DNA of 64,000 nt from Octopus vulgaris (Eukaryota), in NCBI GenBank assembly GCA_951406725.2, contig OX597820.1, forward strand, positions 39,432,001-39,496,000, read 5' to 3'. The notes beneath the pieces are model-generated. The model was not told the DNA's origin. It did not search any database and worked only from the letters and a program-made list of their open reading frames with translations. Shown here in pieces: positions 13,762-24,715 of the stretch. A program made the translations under genes and the position numbers. How positions within the stretch are numbered: position 1 is the first letter of the stretch; each line of letters begins with the position of its first letter.

Positions 13762-13958
13762 ATCCAAACATGAAAACACAAGGAGAAAACACAACAACGC
13801 GAGGACGTGGAACAAATATAGTGTTATATATAGGAAAGAAAGGAAGGAAGGAGGATTTAACGTTTCGAGCGGAGCTCTTCTTCAGAAACATAGGAAAAGG
13901 AAAGATTCAAGGAAGGGAAGAAGGAGGGAAAAAATCGCCAACGGTATACACGTGGTCA

Positions 13959-13965
<7 letters not shown>
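13750..13965 (-). mobile_element. Non-autonomous Penelope-like element in (TA)n
   Basis: Second copy of 4672-4880; (TA)n on both sides. Confidence 0.7.
13855..13889 (-). ncRNA. Minimal type I hammerhead ribozyme, canonical core
   Basis: Minus strand GUUU-CUGAAGA-A-GAGC-UCC-GCUC-GAAA-CG-UU-AAAU, with a loop-less palindromic stem III (AACGUU). Confidence 0.7.
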
Positions 13966-14002
<37 letters not shown>

Positions 14003-14512
14003 GTATATAAATTTGATGCACCATATATGGATTTATATAATCCGGTGGTAATAGCAAAAAGCTCCTTTACCACACCAAGCTACGAGCCACATAGATAACT
14101 AATACGCAGGAGTGTAATGTAGAGTCTTATGCAGTTGAAATCCAGTAAATCCAATCAGTGAAGATTATTTCATGAGGAGTGTATTAAATGTAAAGAAAGA
14201 CACAAGGTATGAGATGAATATATCTATTTCACCAGTTGATTTCCATAGGATATATCCTGTTGATCTGATGTGCTAGGCTTGTATACCTGCATTCGTTTGT
14301 AAAATGTACAATAGCACTATGCAATTTATAACATATATGATAGTGCAGACATGAGGCATAATTTATTAGACTTTAAGATAAATTATTTTTGCATGCTGTT
14401 GGCTGTGAAACGGTCGTTATCGTGTCAATATCAACTGGTGAAATATGTTGATTTCATACCTCCTGAATTTCTTTATATTATATTGAATTATGCTATATTA
14501 TATATTATATTT

Positions 14513-14757
14513 ATGGAGGCGTGTTGCTTAGTGGTTAGGGTGTCAGCATCATGATCGTAAGATTGTGGTTCCTGGACCGGGCGACGCGTTGTGTTCTTGA
14601 GCAAAAAAATTCATTTCACATTGCTCCAGTCAGCTCAGCTGGCAAAAATGAGTAGCGCTGCGATGGACTGGCGTCCCGACCTGCTTGGGAACACATACGC
14701 CATTGAAACCGGATAACCGGGCCCATGAGCCTGGCTAGGCTTTAAAAGGGCGCATTT
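14513..14757 (+). mobile_element. SINE with CORE-type head and family B tail
   Basis: GTGTTCTTGAGCAA..TTTCACATTGCTCCAG body followed by the GCTGCGATGGACTGGCGTCCC..AAAAGGGCGCAT tail. Confidence 0.8.
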
Positions 14758-14766
14758 ATTATTTTG

Positions 14767-15072
14767 TGGTGACGCAATGGCCCAGTGTTAAGGGCAGCGG
14801 ACTCGCGGTCGGAGGATCGCGGTTTCGATTCCCAGACCGAGCGTTGTGTGTGTTTATTGTGCGAAAACACCTAAAGCTCCACGACGCTCCGGCAGGGGAA
14901 GGTGGCGATCCCTGTGGTACTCTTTCGCCACAACTTTCTCTCACTCTTTCTTCCTGTTTCTTGAGGAACGCTGCGATGGACTGAAGTCACGTCCAGCTTG
15001 GGGGAACACACACGCCATAGAAACCGGGAAACTGGGCCCATGGGCCCGGCTAGGCTTGAAAAGGGCGCATAA
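14767..15072 (+). mobile_element. tRNA-derived SINE family B
   Basis: GACGCAATGGCCCAGTG A box, GGTTTCGATTCCC B box; other copies at 8862 and 44590. Confidence 0.85.
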
Positions 15073-15178
15073 ATGAATAAAAAAATTATTATATTATATC
15101 GTGTGTGTATGTGCATGCCTGCATGCTTGTGTGTGTATGTGTGTATGCATGTTTTGTGTGTGTGTATGCTTAGTGTGT

Positions 15179-15244
<66 letters not shown>

Positions 15245-16207
15245 CCGCGCGTAATAAACAGTCAGTGTGTATAAACTGTCAGTAAATATAAATCGTCAGG
15301 GAGTATAATAAATCATTGAACAGCAAGAATCAAAGCGGTGAATTGCACATTCATATTTTAATATGTTCAGGTAGATGCGAACGTGAATACACAAATTGCA
15401 ACTGTGTTTCTTTACAGAAGAACGAATGTGTATTCATCACACGTTCGATTCAGTTCATTTGGCTAAGGGCCTCTGGAGACAGCCGGCGTTTCTACATCGT
15501 TCTATTTCGTCAACTCGAGGCATTCGGGCATTCGCGGACTAATCGTCTTGTTTCTCGCTGTTCACCGTGGTGAATGCACTAAAAATAGATAGCTACAAGA
15601 GAATAGCCAATGACATCATGACCACATAAAAATATGCAGGAGTCACCGAAGTAATGTGCTCGTAATCAACGACAATGAAGAATATATAGCAAAAATCGAT
15701 AATTTACATGAAGATCAGAAAACGTCGAGAAATTTAAACGAGAACCTGGAGAACAACGCAGATCTAAAATTGAATATGCAAAACAATACTAATACAACTC
15801 CATATTTTTTTTTTTCGTGTAAGTATTCAGATTACATTTACACATTATTACAATATACACCACAAACACAGCCAAGTGTAAATAACTACGCGGAGTTAGT
15901 GAATATCCATATAACGACACGCTCTCTCAGCGGTAAAATCACTACAGTGGCGTTTTTACATACGTACATACATAATCCATTCTGGAGTGCTGTTCGCTAA
16001 TCAAATTGTTTGTCACATGAGTGATCGAAATGCATATAAATGAGAATAATCCGTTCCAAGCAACACCCAAAACTGCACATAAAGGCGAGAAATAATGTTT
16101 TATCTGCCCATCAATCAATAGCAAATGCATAAAAATGTAAATGTAATTGTGTGTCTGTATGTATGTATGTGTGTGTGCGTGTGCGTACGTGCGTCTGCGA
16201 GCGTATA

Positions 16208-16450
16208 TTCTCTTTTACTCTTTTTTACTTGTTTCAGTCATTTGACTGTGGCCATGCTGGAGCACCGCCTTTAGTCGAGCAAATCGACCCCGGGTCTTAT
16301 TCTTTGTAAGCCTAGTACTTATTCTATTGGTCTTTTTGCCGAAACACTAAGTTACGGGGACGTAAACACACTAGCATCGGTTGTCAAGCGATGTTGGGGG
16401 ACAAACACAGACACACAAACGTATACACACATACATACATACATACATAA

Positions 16451-16490
<40 letters not shown>

Positions 16491-16655
16491 GCATATATAT
16501 ATACGACGGGCTTCTTTCAGTTTCCGTCAACCAAATCCACTCACAAGGTCGGCCCGAGGCTTTAGTAGAAGACACTTGCCCAAGGTGCCACACAGTGGGA
16601 CTGAAGCCGGGTCCTTGTGGTTCGTAAGCAAGCTACTTACCACACAGCCACTCCT
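16208..16655 (-). mobile_element. Full-length SINE family A
   Basis: Near-identical to 3310-3722. Confidence 0.9.
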
Positions 16656-16869
16656 AAGTGTATGTGCTTTTTCTTTTTTTGTCTTGCTTCTGTCGATTTG
16701 TGGTAATGTTTTTAGCAAAAATGTGAAAATTATTATTGTCCATATAAAATACAAAAATCTACAAACTGCATGAAACCCGTGCATGGAAGTTAATGAACCA
16801 TTCGCACACACTCTCCCAGCCACTTATATGCCTGCGTAGTCTACGCGTGGTTTATTGTTCAGATTGCAG

Positions 16870-17520
16870 CTGGCTATAATTTTCTTCAGAAAATCTCTTC
16901 GCTAACCAATCTGCTCATTTGATCCCCGTGTTATTTACTGCTTGTTATCTCAGTCATGATCCTGTCGATTAGTAGTAAACATATGATTGGTGACAGTAAG
17001 CAGTCTTGCTATGCACCAGTTTGAACTGTGAAAGGGTCTGGGTTTTGCCATTGTGGATGACCTGAGTAGTAGTCCCATCAAAAAATTGTTGGATGATGCT
17101 GATGTTTTCGGTGGAATATTATGATGCTGCATCAACCTCCACATTACTCCCCTGTCCACACTGTCGTGGGCCTTCTCAAAATCAACAAAGACAGTTAAAA
17201 GCGGGCTCTGTCACTCGATGGATTTCTCAATGCTGATGTGCAAGATGGCTATATGGTCTGTGCAGAACTTTTCTTGGAGGAATCATGTTTGCTCGGACCT
17301 CAAATTATCATCCACCGCTGTCTTTAACCTCTCCAGTATAACTCTAGTAAGCACTTTACTGGGGACAGACAGTAGCATAATTCCTTGCAAGATGTTACAG
17401 ATGGTCAAGTCGCCATTTTTTAGGTAGCTTAAACACGTAACCCTTTTTCCATTCCAAGGAAATTTGTTCCTGATGATTTTTGTAGTAAAGGATGCAGTGT
17501 ATCAGCAGCTGTCCTTCTAT
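16870..17520 (-). mobile_element. RTE-clade LINE RT fragment (domains 1-4)
   Basis: Minus strand GIMLLSVPSKVLTRVILERL and VFVDFEKAHDSVDRGVMW. Confidence 0.8.
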
Positions 17521-17589
17521 CGACCCTGAGCAACATCTCTGCAAGGATCGCGCCTAAAGACTTTTGCAAGGCAACGATAAAACAAAGGA

Positions 17590-17965
17590 CCACATCAGAG
17601 TAAGCTCACAACACCGTCACAAAGTCTCAGATACAGCAGAGCATGAACTGCTTTTCCACCGTTTGCAACAACTTTGGCCTCACAGTCAGTAGAAGACATA
17701 GGTCATGCACCAACCTGCCAAGCAGAAGCAGTATATGGAACCAACTATCACTATCGCAGGAGATACCCTGAAGATTGTTAAGTTCTTGTACCTCGGTAGC
17801 GCAATCTCCAGATTTGTGAACATTGACAATGAAGTCGACATACACATCGCAAAGAGAAGCTCCGCATTCGGGCAGCTACGTTAATCAGTGTGGAAGAGAG
17901 GAAGCATTAGATAGGCCACCTATTTGAGGGTGTACCAAGCAGTTTTACATTACTGTATTCCTGCT
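17590..17965 (+). mobile_element. RTE-clade LINE RT fragment (domains 6-7)
   Basis: CNNFGLTVS and KFLYLGSAISRFVNIDNEVDIHIAK..AFGQL. Confidence 0.75.
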
Positions 17966-18305
17966 ATTATTAGAAATATTGGTGGAACATTCCTATCAAA
18001 ACTTCTGCTAAATGCAAGCATAACAGACCTAACATAGTTATATTTGGGATAGAAAAGGAGAGTCATGTACCATCATAGTGGTAAATTATTCTGCAGATGT
18101 GAAAATCTCTTCCAAAATCAGCGACAAGAATATCGATGGACAACTGCTGCGAGACTGTACCTCCTCTACTTTGACTATAAATTTACATTTATACTTATGA
18201 TCATTGGTACACTCGTTTGTGTTAATAAATGTTTAAACCACAATCTGGAGAAGCTAGAATTTTCAAACAGAGACAAACACCAGCCATCACGAACTTTACA
18301 GATTT

Positions 18306-18523
18306 CAAAGGAGTGCTGGAAGAACCTTGGCTTTAACGATATTATGAAAGGCCTAGTTAGAGGTCCAACCTTCTGAGTTCTATTACAGGGCTTAGAAAAA
18401 CTGAAGGCCCGCTGCAATAAGTGTGTGAATCTGAGAGGGGAATATTTTGAATAAAATAACAATTAACTGATCCTCCTGGTATTTTCTTTTACCCAAAGCC
18501 AGGAATTTTTCAGCACCCTGTCG
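18306..18523 (+). mobile_element. Mariner-derived MITE
   Basis: Imperfect TIRs GGAGTGCTGGAAGAACCTTGGCTTT / AAAGCCAGGAATTTTTCAGCACCC; homolog at 32887-33322. Confidence 0.75.
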
Positions 18524-18683
18524 CACATCTGTAAATGGAATAGTGAAAGTATGTAAAACTTTCTTGAAGTTCGATATGTTACAAGTGTCGGTGTTGTTAT
18601 CTAAGCTCAATTGATGGAGATTTTGCTTCTTTGTTAGAAACCAGCTTCTTCATTTTAGAAGGAATATAAATAAAAATAAAAAG

Positions 18684-19120
18684 ACCTACCTACCTACCTA
18701 CCTACCTACCTACCTACCTACCTACCTACCTACTTACCTACTTACCTACCTACTTACCTACCTACCTACCAACCTACCTACCTACCAACCTACCTACCTA
18801 CCTACCTACTTACCTGCCTGCTACCTACCTACCTCCTTACATACGTACATACATACATACATACGTACGTACATACATACATACGTACGAACGTACATAC
18901 ATACATACATACATACATACATACATACATACTACATATTCTGGGAATTTTCTTCATTTTTATACACCATATCATTAATACAAGCACACATACAGGCATA
19001 CGCACACACACACACACGCACGCACACATATACACACACGCGCACATACACACACACACTTACGCGCGTACATACACACACACACACTTACGCGCGCGCG
19101 CACACACATACACACACACA
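18684..19120. repeat. (CCTA)n, (ATAC)n and (CA)n microsatellites
   Basis: Directly visible. Confidence 0.9.
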
Positions 19121-19154
19121 AGTTTACATCTAAATCCTAATATAACATTTACAT

Positions 19155-19607
19155 AGGCGCAGGAGTGGCTGTGTGGTAAGTAGCTTGCTTACCAACCACA
19201 TGGTTCCGGGTTCAGTCCCACTGCGTGGCATCTTGAGCATGTGTCTTCTGCTATAGCCCCGAGCCGACCAATGCCTTGTGAGTGGATTTGGTAGACGGAA
19301 ACTGAAAGAAGCCTGTCGTATATATGTATATATATATGTATGTGTTGTGTGTATATGTATATATATATATATGTATGTGTTGTGTGTATATGTTTGCGTG
19401 TCTGTGTTTGTCCCTCTAGCATTGCTTAACAACCGATGCTGGTGTGTTTACGTCCCCGTCACTTAGCGGTTTGGCAAAAGCGACCGATAGAATAAGTACT
19501 GGGTTTACAAAGAATAAGTCCCGGGGTCGATTTGCTCGACTAAAGGCGGTGCTCCAGCATGGCCGCAGTCAAATGACTGGAACAAGTAAAAGAAAAAGAG
19601 AAAGAGA
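19155..19607 (+). mobile_element. Full-length SINE family A with 13-bp TSD
   Basis: ATAACATTTACAT at 19142-19154 and 19608-19620; tRNA-like head. Resembles published octopus tRNA-derived SINEs; exact family name not assigned. Confidence 0.92.
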
Positions 19608-20338
19608 ATAACATTTACATCTTGATTATAGAAATTTACTGTTTTTAGTCAACTAGAGTACTGTCCCTTGAATTTAAATTTGCTCGAAGGGAGACAAGCC
19701 AGTCTCGTTCGTCAGTGTTGGTTTTGCCATAAATTATGGAATTCCGAATGTTTTTATAAGATTACATATACTTTTATTTTGTACCATGACAAAATCGTAA
19801 CGACATGTTTTTTTTTTCTTTTTTCTTCTTCGCTTTCTATATTAATAAAATTCAATATCTAATTTATTCATTTATTTTCCGTTTATTCTGTTTTTAAATT
19901 TTGGATGATGAGTCTTATCCGCAAAATACAGACATTGATTTTGCGATATTTGGAAAATCGTGTAAGGATTCTATGTCAAAATAAATTTGAAAACCGATGA
20001 CGTTGGTCATTAATAAGCTAAATTTATAATATGGATTTGAACCAAGGGAAAATACTTTTAGCATTGAACAAGGGAGATAATTTGCAATTTCTATTGACTG
20101 CAAATGTGTAATTGATTTTTAATATATGTACCAAGCCTAAAACGTTGGAGGGATGCTAATCAATAAAATCATCTGCGGTACATGACTGATATTTTTTTAT
20201 GGGTTCCAGACAAATAAAAGACGAAGTTGATCACGGCAAGATTTGTACTCAGATCCTAAACAAATGAGGGCATGCTGCAAGGCAATTTTTGTCTCAACCC
20301 CCTGACGGACCCGCCAGTCAAATATTATTACATATTTC

Positions 20339-20772
20339 GGATCTTTTCGGTTTGAACGGCAGTTTTTTCTAGCGGTGTCATATGAAATTGTCACCCATAA
20401 TTATGACCCTAGTATCCATCTATTGCATTTCAATCTGTTTTAGGGTTAGGGTTAGTTAGGGTTAGAGTTAGGGTCAGGGGTGGGGGAAGGGTATCTTTTT
20501 TTCTTCACAAATGTAAATAAACCCAATCTGTTTCTTAAACGAGGATCATATTCGTACAGCACAGAATGTTTTTACCTCAATAGACGTCAATGATTGGTTG
20601 AAATTGCAGAAATTGAAGAAAAAAGCAACAAATATCTTACAAACTATAGAATTTTCTCAATAAAGCCAAGAAAAAGATGTTTTATAAACACATTCTACCA
20701 GTATACGATGTTTAAAATTTTTTAGTTACCTAGAAATTATGTTAAAAACTGTCATTCAAACCGAAAAGATCC
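20339..20772. mobile_element. MITE with ~30-bp TIRs, GG..CC ends and 8-bp TSD
   Basis: TIR GGATCTTTTCGGTTTGAA..CAGTTTTT; TSD CATATTTC at 20331-20338 and 20773-20780; internal TTAGGG-like run. Confidence 0.88.
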
Positions 20773-21213
20773 CATATTTCTTATAAAACTATATAGTTTG
20801 ACTGTGACAAAAAAATATTATGTGGACCGTTAACGTTAAGGAAATGCCTTGAGGTTTTTGCCCTGTAAGTACTCTTTCGTATATCAAGTGTGTATTTAAA
20901 AATTTCTCATATCATATCTTTATATAACATCTGCACTGATTACAGTATCTAAGTTGATAAACCGTTGATAAACTCTAGTTTAGCCCTCAATGGAACCGGC
21001 TGATGATCAAAAGTATGCAGGTCATGACTGTTCTGTCATTTTGAAAGACGTTAGGATGCGATAAGAAACTTTGGCTGCTATTCCAAGCAGGCAAAGCACC
21101 AGCTTAGAGCCTTCCTCGTATCTGAGTAGAGGCATATGGCAGAGAGAAATATTGAAACCTTTGATTGCTGATAGAATATTTACACTTTCACGGTCACAGA
21201 AGAGAGAGAGGGG

Positions 21214-21275
<62 letters not shown>

Positions 21276-21712
21276 TGAGAGAGAGAGAACAATGCATGTG
21301 ATTACAGTTATGTTCTTCTAGAATGGTATTTCTGTAATCTATTAGAAGCAGTAATAGCTTATGGTTTCGTTTAATTTCTTATCAAAATTTAGATGGCGGG
21401 GATTATCGGCAAAATGTAGGTATGGATTTTGCGACTTTCGGAAAATCAGATAAAAGATTCATAACAAAATAAAGTTCAAGAAAGATTTGTGGTTAAATAA
21501 CCTTTAATTAACCTCGTCTTGTGTCAACGGCTAAAGCACTCAAATCCCAATTATTTCTATATACCAGCCACTACATGGTTCTTCCACTTACTTAAGATAA
21601 CAGACAAATCTCCCTCAAATCAAACACTGGTATCTTAGAAAGAAATGGTGCACTGGATAGTGTGGATCACAGTTTATACACTATGTTTTAAAAGGATTGT
21701 ACAATAGTCTTT

Positions 21713-22060
21713 GCGAATGCGTATGGTTCAGTGGTTAGAGCGTCGGGCACAGTCATGAGATAGTGAGTTCGATTCCCCGACCTGGCTGTGTGTTGTATTG
21801 TGTTCTTGAGCAAGACACTTTATTTCACGTTGCTCCAGTCCACTAAGCTGTAGAAATTAGTTCCAACGCCACTGGGACCAAGCTGTATCGGCCCTTGCCT
21901 CTCCCTTGGAGAACATTGGTGGTGTGGAGAGTAGCGGTTGGTATGCATGGATGACAGCTGGTCTTCTATAAACAATCTTGCTCGGACTTGTGCATCGGAG
22001 GGGAACTTTCAAGGTGCAATTCCATGGTCATTCATAACCAAAGAGGGGTCTACCCTTTTT
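21713..22060 (+). mobile_element. CORE-type SINE family D with 13-bp TSD
   Basis: TACAATAGTCTTT at 21700-21712 and 22061-22073; A/B boxes present. Confidence 0.88.
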
Positions 22061-22078
22061 TACAATAGTCTTTAGGAT

Positions 22079-22306
22079 TAAGGCGGCTATCTGTCAGAAT
22101 CGTTAGCACCCCGGACAAAAATGTTAAGTGACATTTCATCTGGTTCTTTAATTGCTGAGTTCAAATACTGCCGAGATTAACTCCGCCTTTTATCTTATCC
22201 TTTCGGTGTTGACAAAATAAAGTATTAACCAAGTACAAGCGTCAACGTAATCGAGTAACTGTCTCCCCACTATTATTGCTGGCCTTGTGTCAAAACTTGA
22301 AACAAT
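22079..22306 (+). mobile_element. SINE family M with 15-bp TSD
   Basis: AATAGTCTTTAGGAT at 22064-22078 and 22307-22321. Confidence 0.82.
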
Positions 22307-22711
22307 AATAGTCTTTAGGATGTTTTTGAGCTTAGCTCTGCTTAATCAGAACTGATTTCGTAATAAACAATAAGGGCCATAATGAAAACCATTTACATAA
22401 CCGTGATGTCATTTCTTGCAGTACAGCTGTAATGAATGACAACACGGTGTAGTGAACAATTGTTACGTAAGCTTGCAGTGCAAAGTTTCTGTTAAATGTT
22501 TTGTAGTTCGGAAGTTAAATGGAAATCGCTCTAACTTTAAATCTAAAATAAGAATCAAGAAGGAGAGAAGGGAGGTAGTGAGAAAGAAAGAGAGAGTGAA
22601 GTCTGAGAATCGAGGTAAACAAGGGTCTTTATATACGAGAGCGTGTTCAAACTTCTTAAAGGATTATTTTCTCATTTCTGATGAGAGAATATAACTTAGA
22701 ATTAGTGATTA

Positions 22712-23230
22712 CCGTAAATCCTCGAGTATAATCCGCACTTTTTCCCCAAAATTTAAAGGTCAAAATCTATATACGAGGTTAAAAATGAGAGATATTTTCT
22801 AAGCAATGTCCGAGTCTCTATTTGCTGTCCGGCAATGTTTATTCAGACGCATTTTGTGATGTCGGGCGCGAAAATACCTTAAGCTAAGCCTGAAAGCAAT
22901 GAAGTCATAAAAGAATCATTCATAACTTGCAGTAAGCAACATTTATTACAATAAAAGTATTCAGAACACAGAATAACACTTAACAAAAACAATTTGCAAA
23001 CATATTTACATTCCCATATAACAGTTAAGAACATCACCATTATTGTATTATGCATGCACGGAAGTGTTTGTTCGACTAGGTGCTGCTGGCTTAATTACCT
23101 TAATTGCACACGACTCAAGTTGGAGATGGGGTGCGTATTATACACAAGGCTTAAGTTTTTCAGAAGTACAGCTCCCTAAAAATTCCTTGCGTATAATACT
23201 CAAGGGCGGACTATACTCGAGGATTTACGG
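22712..23230. mobile_element. pogo/Tc1-mariner superfamily MITE
   Basis: TIRs CCGTAAATCCTCGAGTATA.TCCGC, TA on both sides. Confidence 0.9.
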
Positions 23231-23267
23231 TATATATGCTAACCTTTCATTATTATATGTGTACAGA

Positions 23268-23705
23268 AGGCGGCGAGCTGGCTGAATCATTAGCACGCCG
23301 GGTGAAATGCTGAAGCTCTGTTCTTATAGCAGAAAGAATTATATGTGTACAGATAGATAGCAGCGAGCTGGCTGAATCGTTAGCATGCCGAGTGAAATAC
23401 TCATCGGTATTTCCTCTGCCGCTACGTTCTGAGTTCAAATTCCGCCGAGTTCGACTTTGCCTTTCATCCTTTCGGGGTCGATTAAATAAGTACCAGTTAC
23501 GCACTGGGGTCGATGTAATCGACTTAATCCGTTTGTCTATCCTTGTTTGTCTTCTCTGTGTTTAGCCCCTTGTGGGTAGTTAAGAAATAGGTATTTCGTC
23601 TACCGCTACGTTCTGAGCTCAAATTCCGCCGAGGTCGACTTTGCCTTTCATCTTTTCCCCTCCCTACAAATTTAAGGCCTTGTGCCCATAATAGAAAGGA
23701 TAATT
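23268..23705 (+). mobile_element. Composite/tandem SINE family M
   Basis: Repeated GCGAGCTGGCTGAATC heads and two GACTTTGCCTTTCATC cores. Confidence 0.85.
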
Positions 23706-23739
23706 ATAAGTATGAATTTTTTTTTTCAATATCACTGTT

Positions 23740-24224
23740 CAGTAATCACTCGCCATATTGCAGTTCACTTATCGCGCCCTCAGTACATCGATGATTTTTC
23801 TGGCTAATATTTGTAAATTTATATCGCGGACTCCTCAGTATATCGCGGGTTTCTGCGGTCGATAGGCATTTATAAATTTTTTTTAATTTTAATTATTTCT
23901 GTGGTAAAATAAGCATTTTAATGCCTAAAAATTAATAAGTAAAAGTACTGTACAGTACGGCACTGTATTAATTAATTAAAATATATTAAAAGATAACATT
24001 TAGTGTACCGTAGATGAGTAAACAAAGAATCGTATATACTGTATGATAAACGAAACTTGGGAGGCAAGTGTGTAGTGTTGTTTTGCTTTTATAAAATGAA
24101 TATACACAAATTATAAAAATAATTTTTTTTAAATATACCGTACAGTACTGTTTCTACTTCGCAAATTTTCACTTATCGCGGGGTGTTTTGGAATGAAATA
24201 CCCGCGATAGTTGAGGGATTACTG
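23740..24224. mobile_element. Tigger-like MITE
   Basis: Ends CAGTAATC.CTC / GAGGGATTACTG-TA; repeated TATCGCG subterminal motifs. Confidence 0.8.
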
Positions 24225-24359
24225 TATATATATTCTGTCGTGTCTGGGGAGAGTCATTTTAAGGCACAACAAGAAAATGACTCTCCCCAGACACGACAGA
24301 ATATGCTTCAACACACGAACTCACATAAAGAATCTTGCAAACCAAATCCAAAAACGAAA

Positions 24360-24715
24360 TATGTATGTATGTATGCATGTATGTATGTATGTATGTATGC
24401 ATGCATGTATGTAAGTATGTATGTATGTATGTATGCATGCATGCATGTATGTATGTAAGTATGTATGTATGTAAGTATGTATGTAAGTATGTATGTATGT
24501 ATGTATGTATGCATGCATGTATGTAAGTATGTATGTATGTATGTATGTATGCATGCATGCATGCATGCATGTATGTAAGTATGTAAGTATGTATGTAAGT
24601 ATGTATGTATGTATGTATGTATGTATGTATGCATGCATGCATGTAAGTATGTATGTATGTATGTATGTATGTATGTATGTATGTTTGTTTGTATGTATGT
24701 ATGTATGTATATGTA
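24360..24715. repeat. (ATGT/ATGC/AAGT)n microsatellite
   Basis: Directly visible; source of HTYI-type ORFs. Confidence 0.95.

Noticed and set aside
14767-14840. tRNA gene-like sequence (also other SINE heads)
   Set aside because: A/B boxes are followed by SINE bodies; no proper acceptor stem or poly-T terminator.
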